A stretch of 64,000 bases of DNA from IMG/VR virus record IMGVR_UViG_3300006147_000010, positions 1 through 64,000 of that record; one strand, given 5' to 3'. Of the stretch, positions 55,372 to 64,000 are shown piece after piece. Position numbers and translations under genes: made by a program. A model generated the notes under the pieces. It did no database searches. It was not told where the DNA came from and saw only the letters and a list, made by a program, of their open reading frames with translations. This DNA is from an uncultured virus (IMG/VR IMGVR_UViG_3300006147_000010) (Duplodnaviria > Heunggongvirae > Uroviricota > Caudoviricetes). Position 1 is the stretch's first letter, and the number at the start of each line of letters is the position of its first letter.

Positions 55372-57122
55372 TAGAGCTGCACCCTATCTGAGAACTCAGC
55401 CTTCTTCCCGCGATTGAAGTTGTCCACATCGCGGAGATAGCCTGTGATACGCTGGTACTTTCTGAGCCGCTTCTTGCAGTACGGGCATTTGTCAACCCTC
55501 TCCGCAATATAGCCGTGGTCGTCGCAGTACCGTGAGATGGGGGACAGACTCATGTACGGAACCTTATAATTCTCGCACATCGCCTTCACGATAGCCTTCG
55601 CCTGTTCACCGCTGATTGCACCGTTCTCCCAGATGTGGATGACAGTGCCGCCGGTGAACTGAGTCTGCAGTTCCTCCTGGTGCTTGAAGGTGCTATCGAT
55701 ACCCTCAATCAGTTTGACGGGGATGTGACAGCTATTGGTATAGTAGCAGTCGAGGCCGCTGCCCTGTGTGATGATGTCCGGGTAGAGCTTACGGTCAGCC
55801 AACGCGAAGCGGTAGCAGGTGGACTCAGCCGGCGTTGCTTCATAGTTGTAGAGGTGACCGGTTTCCTCCTGGTAGGCCAGCAGGCGGTTGCGAATGTGGT
55901 CGCCCACCTCGACACAGAACTGCTTGGCGTCAGGATCGAGGATGTTCTTGCCCATGAAGTTCTCACACATCTCGTTCATGCCACACACACCGATGGTGGA
56001 GAAGTGGTTATTGATGGTGCCAACATACTCCATGTACGCCGGGATCATATGCGTGTCGATGATCTCCGTCTGGAGCCACTGGCGCTTGATCTCAAGGCTG
56101 TCCCTTGCGATGTCAAGATACTTGTCCAGCTCCTTGAAGAACGACTCCTTGTTCCCCTTGTTCTCGTACCCGAGCCTTGGGAGATTCAGAGTCACGACGC
56201 CGATTGACCCAGTGGAGTCGCCGGCGCCAAACAGGCCACCGTTGCGGTGGCGCAGCTCAGACAGGTCAAGCCGCAGACGGCAGCACATAGAGCGCACGTC
56301 AGAGATATCCAGGTCGCTGTTGATGAAGTTCGCAAAGTACGGGGTGCCGTACTTGCCGGCCATCTCCCACAGCATTTCGTTGTTCGGGTTCTCCCAGTCG
56401 AAGCGCTCGTGAATGTTGTATGTCGGGATGGGGTAGGCGAACAGCTTCCCATCCGCGTCACCGTTCAGCATGATCTCGAAGAAGACACGGTTGAGCAGAT
56501 CCATCTCCTGCTGACATGATCCATACGTGAAGCTCTGGAGCTTGCCGCCCACGATGACATACTCGTCAAGCATGTCCCTTGGCGGGGTCAGGTCAAAGGT
56601 GATATTAGAAAACGCCGGCTCTGCGCCGGCGCGGCTGTTGGAGTTGATACTGAAAATGAAGTTCTGCATGGACTGCTTCACTTCATCGTATCCGATCTTG
56701 TCCGCCTTGATAAACGGGGCGAGCAGAGTATCGAACCCGTTCAGTGCAACGGCGCCCATGATCTCGTTCTGGAAGATGGTCACCAGATTTGCAATCTGAT
56801 TGAGTACGGAGTCGAAGTGCTTCGCCGGCGCTGAGGTCGGAACGCTCGGGATGTGCCGCACACCCTTGAGCAGGATATCCTTGAGGGAGTAACCCACACA
56901 ATAGAGCGTCAGGCCGCCCAGGTCATGAATGTGGATATACCCATCGACATATGCCTGCGCGATGTATTCGGGGTACACCTCACGAAGCCAGTAGTCCTTA
57001 CTAACCTCTGAGCCGATGTACTTGTTCATCGCGCCGAAGCTGTATGGTGCGTTGGAGTTTTCCTTAACTCTCCAGTCCTTCTTCTCCAGATAGGACTCAA
57101 CAATGTTCTTGCTACTTTTCAT
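55371..57122 (-). CDS. nrdD: Class III ribonucleoside-triphosphate reductase, no ATP cone
   Basis: IHIHDL, YPIPTY, SMCCRL, EATPAES, RITGYLR glycyl-radical motif; start re-called to ATG 57122. Confidence 0.95.
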   Translation of the reverse strand: MKSSKNIVESYLEKKDWRVKENSNAPYSFGAMNKYIGSEVSKDYWLREVYPEYIAQAYVDGYIHIHDLGGLTLYCVGYSLKDILLKGVRHIPSVPTSAPAKHFDSVLNQIANLVTIFQNEIMGAVALNGFDTLLAPFIKADKIGYDEVKQSMQNFIFSINSNSRAGAEPAFSNITFDLTPPRDMLDEYVIVGGKLQSFTYGSCQQEMDLLNRVFFEIMLNGDADGKLFAYPIPTYNIHERFDWENPNNEMLWEMAGKYGTPYFANFINSDLDISDVRSMCCRLRLDLSELRHRNGGLFGAGDSTGSIGVVTLNLPRLGYENKGNKESFFKELDKYLDIARDSLEIKRQWLQTEIIDTHMIPAYMEYVGTINNHFSTIGVCGMNEMCENFMGKNILDPDAKQFCVEVGDHIRNRLLAYQEETGHLYNYEATPAESTCYRFALADRKLYPDIITQGSGLDCYYTNSCHIPVKLIEGIDSTFKHQEELQTQFTGGTVIHIWENGAISGEQAKAIVKAMCENYKVPYMSLSPISRYCDDHGYIAERVDKCPYCKKRLRKYQRITGYLRDVDNFNRGKKAEFSDRVQL

Positions 57123-57330
57123 CTGATGCCTCCTTATATGTATTTGCCCAGTTGATTGCTGCGCCGCAATCATAAAGCTGCCCATCCACAGACAGCACCG
57201 GGACTTTTGTAATTCCAAGAGAGAGCATCTTTTCGACGGAGGTTTCCTCCGTGTATTGGATCTTCTTCTCGTCCAGCAATGCTTTGAGCGCCCTACAGTT
57301 TGGACACCCAGTGGTATACATCGTGACCAC
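57112..57330 (-). CDS. nrdH: Glutaredoxin-like NrdH redoxin
   Basis: CPNC active site, VPVL. Confidence 0.8.
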   Translation of the reverse strand: MVTMYTTGCPNCRALKALLDEKKIQYTEETSVEKMLSLGITKVPVLSVDGQLYDCGAAINWANTYKEASDEK

Positions 57331-57340
57331 CTTGTATCAC

Positions 57341-57901
57341 CTACCTCTCGTTCGCGATCTTGCAGACCTCGATATATGCTTCATCCCAGTTCATGACCCT
57401 GACAGAGCCAAGCACAGATGCGTCTATACCGCGATTGTGTATCGCGTCCATCAGGATCTTCCTGTATGAGCCGCCGTAATGGTTGTGAACGCCATCATCA
57501 ATCAGCACATCGCCATTGATAAGCTGCTTACGACTGGTGACGATCACATCGTCCCACGTCAGGAAAGGGAAGTATTTGAACAATACCTTCTCCGCCTTTG
57601 CTCTGATGGTGACATAGGTAGAGGCGGTCACAATCAGAACATCGTGACCGTCCTCGATCATCTTCTGTAAAGCCTCCACTGCGCCGTCGATAGGCTTGAC
57701 CCAATCCCAGAAGTCATCTTCGAGCAGAGGCGCGTAGACTTGCTCCCTGGTAAGCGTTGGGAATGCCTTGGACACATCCCACTGATTCACGGCTTCGTAC
57801 GGTACGTTGGTCCCGTACTTCCAATTCAGGTACTGACACCATGCGAGGGACAGACCCTCTATCGTGTCGTCCATATCAACAAGCACAGTCAGCTTCCGCA
57901 T
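57341..57901 (-). CDS. 5'(3')-deoxyribonucleotidase (HAD, NT5C-like)
   Basis: VDMDD, IVTA, DVLIDDG.HN. Confidence 0.85.
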   Translation of the reverse strand: MRKLTVLVDMDDTIEGLSLAWCQYLNWKYGTNVPYEAVNQWDVSKAFPTLTREQVYAPLLEDDFWDWVKPIDGAVEALQKMIEDGHDVLIVTASTYVTIRAKAEKVLFKYFPFLTWDDVIVTSRKQLINGDVLIDDGVHNHYGGSYRKILMDAIHNRGIDASVLGSVRVMNWDEAYIEVCKIANER

Positions 57902-57904
57902 AGC

Positions 57905-58360
57905 TTACACCCTGTTGCTCTCTTTATGAGCCGTCATATAGTCGTCAATCGTTATCTGATTCGGATCAACATACGGCTCGTCCTGTTCTTCCTGGTGTGA
58001 TTTGCTGAGATAGTGCGGCATATCGTCAAACTGCGTCTGACCAAGTTCTTCGTGGTGGATGATCGCAAGGATGTTCCATGCGGCGGCAGACAGGTGGTCT
58101 TCATCGTCCATGCCCATAATGAACTTGTCAATATGCCGCTTCGCGGAGTCTATGTATCGGGAGAACGGCATACCCTTCTCCCAGTTGCGGTCAGCATACT
58201 TCCGGCTGCCGGCCTCATACCACATGGCAAGGCGCCTCATACCGAATGGCGTAATCAGATCATACCGACCTTTCCCTGTAGACGGCTCGCGAATCGCCAT
58301 GCCTTCGCCGTATGTCATACGCTCTCCACCATCATTGATCTTCTCATCCGTATAGCTCAT
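57905..58360 (-). CDS. dATP/dGTP diphosphohydrolase-domain protein
   Basis: GKGRYDL, G.RKYADRNWEKG, DSAKRH, EDHL.AAAWN. Confidence 0.8.
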   Translation of the reverse strand: MSYTDEKINDGGERMTYGEGMAIREPSTGKGRYDLITPFGMRRLAMWYEAGSRKYADRNWEKGMPFSRYIDSAKRHIDKFIMGMDDEDHLSAAAWNILAIIHHEELGQTQFDDMPHYLSKSHQEEQDEPYVDPNQITIDDYMTAHKESNRV

Positions 58361-59040
58361 TTTGTTTCACCCTTTCTCGGCATCAGGCCGCATGTCTTCC
58401 TCTCCTTGCAGAAGCCAACGTACTTACACTTCGGCATGAAGTAGTTGTCCACAACGTATGCCCACTCGGGCGAGTATGCGTGGAGTGCGTCACGCACATC
58501 ACCAAAGAGTCCTCTGAACTCATGGTATGCCCGTGAACACAGCCTCTGGTGTGACATATCAATCAGATTGCGGAGGTTGTGTTTGCATACGATCTTCGTG
58601 GTCATACCAAGCGGAAGACCAAGAGCGGAGTCCTCACGGGGGACACCGGCCTTCTCCAGATCCTTCAGACCGTACGCAATATCAGCCATGAGGCCAGCAT
58701 AGATATCGCTTGCCACGGGGTTGTTCTGGATACTCGGTGGTGTTACGAAGTCAAACCCATGCTCGTAGTCGATATAGCGTGTGCTTGCCTGCAGCCTGGT
58801 TGGAGCTCCGCCGACGTGCGTATACCACTCGCGGATGACCCTTGCGGAGTATCCGTCAAGGATCATATACACATCAGGGAACTCAAACGTTCTGCCATGC
58901 TCGCTTTCGAGGCAATCAAGGCCGCGCTTGTAGTTCTTCTCCTGGTTGGTGATGTCTGCACCCCAGCAGACACCGGCTTCCTCACCAATCATTGAGATTG
59001 GAGAGTGATATGTAAATCGCTGAATTGTTACTGTTCCCAT
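58357..59040 (-). CDS. thyX: FAD-dependent thymidylate synthase
   Basis: H...FE, SARVIREWYTH, QASTRY, NLRNL, RLCSRA..E. Confidence 0.8.
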   Translation of the reverse strand: MGTVTIQRFTYHSPISMIGEEAGVCWGADITNQEKNYKRGLDCLESEHGRTFEFPDVYMILDGYSARVIREWYTHVGGAPTRLQASTRYIDYEHGFDFVTPPSIQNNPVASDIYAGLMADIAYGLKDLEKAGVPREDSALGLPLGMTTKIVCKHNLRNLIDMSHQRLCSRAYHEFRGLFGDVRDALHAYSPEWAYVVDNYFMPKCKYVGFCKERKTCGLMPRKGETK

Positions 59041-59048
59041 TCAATTCC

Positions 59049-59687
59049 TCAACTTTCATATGGTGAGGGGAGACTATAATCCCATGTGGAGTAGTTCCCC
59101 TTGTAGGCATTACGGAAATGGTTATGAGATCCATCTCCATGGAAATAGGTATAGTCTTTTGGCAGCACTCTGCCGACTGACACCTCTCCGTTTCTCTCTG
59201 CATTCCACCTTGAAAGTACATCCAGAGCGAGATCATATAGATCGTCTCTGACCGGGGTATCACTGACGTACGCAAACTGGTTAGGGGCAGTCATGACATA
59301 GGCGATCGTGTCACCATCAAATTCATCACTGTCCACGCGATTGCAGACGCACCATGCAACACATGCTTTCTCCGTGTCGCTTGGAATACCACCGCACTCG
59401 CGATACAGCAGCTTCGCCATCATGACGACTTCTTCCTCGGTGTAGTACATGATTTCCGTTTCTTCCTCGATGCCAGCACTGGCTACATCGTTTTCTTTTA
59501 TTTCATACGTTGGCCTTGCTTCTTCCACCGGACGTGCCGTATGCCTGAACATCGTTGGTGCTGCAGAGGTAGCCGGCACAGCCGACGCTGTATCGCGTAC
59601 CATATTGCATCCAGCGCTGATCATAACGGACGCAGTCCATATAGCAGTGATCAACAGCAACGTAATAAAAATCAAAGAGCGTTTCAT
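59049..59687 (-). CDS. SleB/Hydrolase_2 family cell wall hydrolase with signal anchor
   Basis: MAKLLYREC, VAWCVCNRVDS..F..TI..V...NQF; N-terminal hydrophobic helix. Confidence 0.82.
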   Translation of the reverse strand: MKRSLIFITLLLITAIWTASVMISAGCNMVRDTASAVPATSAAPTMFRHTARPVEEARPTYEIKENDVASAGIEEETEIMYYTEEEVVMMAKLLYRECGGIPSDTEKACVAWCVCNRVDSDEFDGDTIAYVMTAPNQFAYVSDTPVRDDLYDLALDVLSRWNAERNGEVSVGRVLPKDYTYFHGDGSHNHFRNAYKGNYSTWDYSLPSPYES

Positions 59688-59702
59688 AGAGTACCTCCAA
59701 TT

Positions 59703-59757
59703 ACTACGGCAGCGAAAAAGACGACGCCGAAGCGCCGCCCATTCGCTGTATCGTAGT
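59703..59757 (-). terminator. UUCG terminator embedded in an extended stem
   Basis: - strand GGGCGGCGC-TTCG-GCGTCGTCT-TTTT, flanked by ACTACG/CGTAGT and CAGCGAA/TTCGCTG. Confidence 0.65.
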
Positions 59758-59779
59758 CTACTTAATGTTGTGAGCAGAT

Positions 59780-60229
59780 TTACTCCCCAGCGTTCAGGAT
59801 ATCCATAAAGCTGCTCTCGTCGATCTCGTCCGGTTCCTCATCTGGTTTCTTTGCGTCATATGTATCAATCTTGAACGACACGCTTCTTGCTGATTGCCAC
59901 TGTCGCGGTGTGTATCCTGCGGTGGTTGAGCTCATATATGGGCTCTGTACCCACCACGCATCGTAACCAGAATCGTATGTCCCATCGAACATCGGAGGAC
60001 CTGGGACGAGGTAGAACTTGTCCTGCTCTACGCCTTCAGATAAGACGATTGGTATACCGTTGTATCGTGCGATATATCCATCTCCGACCACGCCGCCTTC
60101 CGCGAGGTCGCTTGTGTTTGATACCATAGCCCGTGCTGTATCAGGGTGCATGACGATTCTATTCGGGATTCGACCTGATTGCGCGGTCATGATATCTACC
60201 ATCCGGCTTAGTTCTTGCTCAAAGTCCAT
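59780..60229 (-). CDS. Protein resembling an isolated HK97 capsid A-domain plus acidic tail
   Basis: PNRIVMHPDT...GYIARYNGIPIVLS..V..DKFYLV pattern. Confidence 0.55.
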   Translation of the reverse strand: MDFEQELSRMVDIMTAQSGRIPNRIVMHPDTARAMVSNTSDLAEGGVVGDGYIARYNGIPIVLSEGVEQDKFYLVPGPPMFDGTYDSGYDAWWVQSPYMSSTTAGYTPRQWQSARSVSFKIDTYDAKKPDEEPDEIDESSFMDILNAGE

Positions 60230-60438
60230 TCTTCCTGACCCTCTATTGGTGAGATCCGACAGCTTGGAAGAATGTGCTCTTTCATCAGCTTATCAAAGCA
60301 TTCACAGCACAGGTCGAGGTTGATTACCTCGCCGTCGAACTCGCTTCCATATCCAACATGATGGTGAAACCCAAATTTCTCTTGTGCATCCCACATGTCG
60401 AAATCCTTCCCGCACATATTACATACCAGCTTTGTCAT
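60208..60438 (-). CDS. Small zinc-binding phage protein
   Basis: CNMCGK...DLCCEC. Confidence 0.7.
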   Translation of the reverse strand: MTKLVCNMCGKDFDMWDAQEKFGFHHHVGYGSEFDGEVINLDLCCECFDKLMKEHILPSCRISPIEGQEEWTLSKN

Positions 60439-60469
60439 TCCATCTCATCCCTTTCTTCCATAGTGTTTC

Positions 60470-62125
60470 TTACGCAACTACCGACATACGCCACTCTTCC
60501 ATACTGTGGCATATCTCTGGGCGGGCGTACTCAGGCAGGTTGACCGCTGTGATCAAACCAGCAAGGTCTGGACATACTGCGTTCCCGCACTTCTCCATCT
60601 GCTCGGCGTTGGTCATCTTCCTGCCTTCGTAGTCTTCCGCGAACATGTAGTCAGGAGCGAAGCCCATAGCGCGGTACGCCTCTTTCGCCTTCAGCATCCG
60701 CAGGCCGATATCGGTCAGGAAATACCAATCCCCATCAATCATTCTCAGAAGGACTTCATCATCCTTCAGGTCGTAACCAGCCCACTTATTCAGCATGGCT
60801 CGTATCTCAGGCCAACGTCCCATATTCACGCCATCCCGATACTTTGCCACCATCGTATGTATCACAGCAAACTCACCGGCGGATGCCGTCACAGTCTGCA
60901 AAGGCTGAGACAGGTGCTGCCCTATGTTGTCGCCCTTGAACTTGCACACATGGGCGAGAACGAGACCTTCTCTATCCCGAGCCGTCACAGTATGAAGCGG
61001 CTCACGGATATCCTGTCCATGGTCGTCGTTCCCATAATACTTGGTCAGGATAGGAACCACGACGCCATAGCGATTAGATGCGTCCAGGGTCATGATAGGC
61101 TCATTGACACCCTGACCACGGACTTTCTCAGACTGCTCTGTATGATACTGAGCGAGGTATGGTGTCTTCACTCCATCGGACGAACGCACGACATATATGT
61201 CGTTGGACTTCAGGATAAACTTGTCCAGTCCTCTGGTGATACGCCTCATGGTATTATCCCTGAGAGGACGCACGGCACGTATGGAATACTGCTCCATAAT
61301 CTCCTGCTTCGTATCAAAGATACTTGGCGCCGGGATGTCGTAGTCAAGGATGTCGGCGACCTGACGCCACGGCTCAAGCTCCCCGCGCAGTACGGCTTCA
61401 CTGTCACGCTTCGCGTGTGTCTGCTTCGGCCAGACGATAGGCTTCCCATCACAGCGGAACACACCGAAGAATCTTGTGCGTGTGGTATACACACCGTAGT
61501 CTGCCGCGCATAGCTCACGCCACTCCATCTTGTACCCAAGACCATGAATCAGCTTCTGAGCTTCATCACCCCTTGGGTCGATGTGTAGAAACTCACAGCA
61601 CTCATATAGCGCCGGATGGTCTGGCTCGATACCGGTGGTCAGGATTTTCACAAACCCGTCAAAGGTTTCTCCAGCCCGTGACTGGTCGGGGTACTGTTTG
61701 CCGTCGCGTTCAATGAGCGGTCCCCATGTCCTGATTTCTGGTACGTTCTCCATAGCCATGACCCTCGGCCTTACGCTGAGCGCCCACTTCACAAGCACCC
61801 ATGACAGGCCACGGATCTCTTTCTTCACAGGGGTTCCGCCACGGGCACGGGAGAAGTGAGTACAGTCTGGTGAGAACCACGCGAACCCCATAGGGTAGCC
61901 GCCACAGAACTCCTTCGGATCAACGGCAAACATATCCTCTTTGTAGTGTTCCGTGAACGGGTGGTTGGTCTTGTGCATCCTGATGGCGGCGAGGTCGTGG
62001 TTGACCGCGCCTACCACAGGGATAGTCGTGTACCGGACGATGCCGTCCGTGCTTCCTCCGCCTCCGCAGAAGAACACGCCGGCTACCTCGTCCGTCTTAA
62101 TCTTTGCTCCGTATATGGTTGCCAC
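60470..62125 (-). CDS. C5-cytosine DNA methyltransferase
   Basis: FCGGGG motif I, SPDC motif IV, ENV motif VI, R.R motif VIII, GNAV motif X. Confidence 0.92.
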   Translation of the reverse strand: MATIYGAKIKTDEVAGVFFCGGGGSTDGIVRYTTIPVVGAVNHDLAAIRMHKTNHPFTEHYKEDMFAVDPKEFCGGYPMGFAWFSPDCTHFSRARGGTPVKKEIRGLSWVLVKWALSVRPRVMAMENVPEIRTWGPLIERDGKQYPDQSRAGETFDGFVKILTTGIEPDHPALYECCEFLHIDPRGDEAQKLIHGLGYKMEWRELCAADYGVYTTRTRFFGVFRCDGKPIVWPKQTHAKRDSEAVLRGELEPWRQVADILDYDIPAPSIFDTKQEIMEQYSIRAVRPLRDNTMRRITRGLDKFILKSNDIYVVRSSDGVKTPYLAQYHTEQSEKVRGQGVNEPIMTLDASNRYGVVVPILTKYYGNDDHGQDIREPLHTVTARDREGLVLAHVCKFKGDNIGQHLSQPLQTVTASAGEFAVIHTMVAKYRDGVNMGRWPEIRAMLNKWAGYDLKDDEVLLRMIDGDWYFLTDIGLRMLKAKEAYRAMGFAPDYMFAEDYEGRKMTNAEQMEKCGNAVCPDLAGLITAVNLPEYARPEICHSMEEWRMSVVA

Positions 62126-62131
62126 CTCCGG

Positions 62132-62371
62132 TTATCTTATTGTGACACGCAGCTCTACTGTCCTGCCATCTTTCAGCGTCCACTCATACCCGCTTGACGT
62201 TGCCTTTGAACAACTGATTCCTCCGAGAAGTTCCTGTACCATGTAATCTCTCACAGCGCACAATGCTTCATCGGTACACTCAGTCTTGTTCTGCCACAAG
62301 CCCTTATTCTTGCTGTTCAGTGTTCCGGCATAGATGGCAAACGCCCCGCATCCGACATGATATTCTGCCAC
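62132..62371 (-). CDS. Hypothetical phage protein
   Basis: ORF in the early operon. Confidence 0.7.
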   Translation of the reverse strand: MAEYHVGCGAFAIYAGTLNSKNKGLWQNKTECTDEALCAVRDYMVQELLGGISCSKATSSGYEWTLKDGRTVELRVTIR

Positions 62372-62399
62372 TTAAATCACCGATCCCTTTCGTGAGCCA

Positions 62400-63020
62400 T
62401 CACATGTTTTCGAGGCTTTCAATGAAGGCTTGCATAAATGAAGTCCTTTGCTTTGCGCGCTCCACTTCTGCCTCACATCTTTCTTTCGCGCGCTTAACAT
62501 CATCTTCAGAAAGTTTTATCAGTTCATCCATATACTTTTGGACAGCCTCATCACTTTCATCCAGCTCGCTTGCGATATCATTACGGTATGTGTCAAACAT
62601 CAATGGAGTATATACACACATACCTATTTGGCTCAGAGCGAACTCCTTAATCCCTTTATGTTCTTCAGATGGAGGAACCCACGCCTCGACCTGGCGGCGG
62701 ACATTCTCATATTTCTTGTTGATCTCTTCCATCATTTTGAGCTGCCGTTTTGCGCGCTCTACTCTGCTGGTATGTTCCGCCCGCATATGATCCCTTGCTT
62801 CTGCGAATGACATGTTCTTAACAACCTGAAGCTCTTTAACTGAGTCCTCATATCTTTTCTGGTAATAAGGGTCAGGTTCAAAATGAGTTGGCGTCGGAAC
62901 AGACAGCGGTTCATCACGAACGTCGATTGCCACTCCAAACGCCCGTGAACAAAGCATTAGAAAATCTTTCCCGGTAGTGATATCTCCATCCTCGATATAA
63001 GCTGTGTATCCAGTTGGCAT
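62400..63020 (-). CDS. Hypothetical phage protein (MPTGYT family)
   Basis: RBS GAGGTG before ATG 63020; coiled coil. Confidence 0.7.
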   Translation of the reverse strand: MPTGYTAYIEDGDITTGKDFLMLCSRAFGVAIDVRDEPLSVPTPTHFEPDPYYQKRYEDSVKELQVVKNMSFAEARDHMRAEHTSRVERAKRQLKMMEEINKKYENVRRQVEAWVPPSEEHKGIKEFALSQIGMCVYTPLMFDTYRNDIASELDESDEAVQKYMDELIKLSEDDVKRAKERCEAEVERAKQRTSFMQAFIESLENM

Positions 63021-63067
63021 ATTCTCACCTCGCACTTCAAAAATAAAAGTTATCTTTCATCATGTAA

Positions 63068-63502
63068 TTAGAATGAATCTCTGACTCTAAATTGAACCAA
63101 TGTGCAGAATTGTACGCCACTATAAAGCCTTTCTCGCTTCACCTCTCTGAGTGAAACAGAATAGTGATTTCGACCGTTGAAACTTCGTCGCAATTTCTGA
63201 ATCGCTTCTTCAACTTCGGCATCGTGTTCTTCCTTGTTGTCAGTTTCTGTAGTTATCGCATATACTGTTCCACTCCAATCCCCAGCAAGTAGCAGGTTTG
63301 GAAATGGGATTTTTGTGATCTCGACAGAGCTACCCATCGCTGGATACTCGGGCTCTTCAAAAGGTATACGGGTGATTGGTTCCGACATACTCTCCCACGA
63401 CCACCCACAGTTATGACACTCTTTGCGGTGGATAGGAGGCATAATATCTATCTGGACTCCCAACAAATCATGCCCACATTTGGGACAGGTTTCAATGATC
63501 AT
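63068..63502 (-). CDS. Zinc-ribbon protein
   Basis: CPKC...CHNC; RBS GGGAGG. Confidence 0.65.
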   Translation of the reverse strand: MIIETCPKCGHDLLGVQIDIMPPIHRKECHNCGWSWESMSEPITRIPFEEPEYPAMGSSVEITKIPFPNLLLAGDWSGTVYAITTETDNKEEHDAEVEEAIQKLRRSFNGRNHYSVSLREVKRERLYSGVQFCTLVQFRVRDSF

Positions 63503-63549
63503 ACTTCCTCCCGTCTGAATAAAAGTAGAATTTTATACACGCATTCAGG

Positions 63550-63978
63550 CTACACCTGCACGCTGGTTGCCATGCGGCCGTCTGTCACAAAGATCATAGT
63601 CATACGGTTTGCCTGTTCGCTTTCCTCGTACTCCGCATCGTCCATGATGATGTCCTCACTGACAATGCTCTGCACGAGTTCCTTGATACTTCCATGGAAC
63701 TCATTCGCGAGGATCGTTGCGAACAGGTCTAACCGTTCATAGTCTGATTTGCTCTCCAGCGTCATCATGGCAGTCTCGCCTCGCTCGAAATCCCTGTAGT
63801 AGGTATTCTGAAAACGAAGGTACGTGTATAGATCGATCTCCGCTTTTCCGAGGTTCACCCATCTTCTTGTGCCGCTCTCTCTGTAGCGAATTGTGAGTGT
63901 CGGAAACAGGTTGGACTTTGATGATATCCATCCGCCGTGCCGCACCGCCTTTACCTTATACTCAATTAAGTACCGCAC
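63550..63978 (-). CDS. Hypothetical protein
   Basis: 142-aa ORF co-oriented with the early genes. Confidence 0.6.
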   Translation of the reverse strand: MRYLIEYKVKAVRHGGWISSKSNLFPTLTIRYRESGTRRWVNLGKAEIDLYTYLRFQNTYYRDFERGETAMMTLESKSDYERLDLFATILANEFHGSIKELVQSIVSEDIIMDDAEYEESEQANRMTMIFVTDGRMATSVQV

Positions 63979-64000
63979 AGCTCACACCATCCCTAAATGC

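Larger units (their letters stand above)
1..64000. mobile_element. Large temperate SPbeta-like siphophage genome segment, apparently excised form with intact attP
   Basis: Continuous phage gene content (terminase, portal, capsid, tape measure, lysis, integrase/xis, nucleotide metabolism); no host housekeeping genes; phage genes on both sides of attP. Confidence 0.95.

Noticed and set aside
57905..58360. Z-base (2-aminoadenine) genome system
   Set aside because: No purZ or dedicated polymerase in the window; the domain alone is insufficient
60506..61513. 335-aa + strand ORF
   Set aside because: Antisense shadow of the methyltransferase

Overview
The whole window is part of one large temperate, siphovirus-like phage genome with SPbeta-like architecture. 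The host is probably a clostridial Firmicute (inferred from RBS style and the ychF-like attP core). The + strand (0.3-50.6 kb) carries a tyrosine recombinase, a helicase-like ATPase, a YonO-type single-subunit RNA polymerase, a metallophosphoesterase, a tRNA(CAT), HU, terminase, portal, protease/scaffold, capsid, head-tail and tail genes, a 2607-aa tape measure, tail tip/fibre genes, a diversity-generating retroelement (DGR), a second recombinase and a lysis cassette. The - strand (51-64 kb) carries integrase, excisionase and a nucleotide-metabolism/early region (dUTPase, class III RNR with NrdG/NrdH/FTR-like partners, deoxyribonucleotidase, dATP/dGTP diphosphohydrolase, ThyX, SleB-like hydrolase, C5 DNA methyltransferase). 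The two arms converge on an intact attP carrying a replacement 5' end of host ychF, so this looks like the excised/circular form. Most interesting: (1) a 21-nt element on the far side of attP that is complementary to the RBS-occluding hairpin in the integrase leader, a candidate recombination-state-dependent RNA switch; (2) stand-alone fragments of the terminase ATPase and of a capsid A-domain in the early region, candidate anti-defence decoys; (3) a DGR with 21 adenine-only TR/VR differences, no avd gene, a long RNA hairpin at the avd position, and an RT with YMDN instead of YxDD. All product calls come from motif recognition by eye; no database searches were run.
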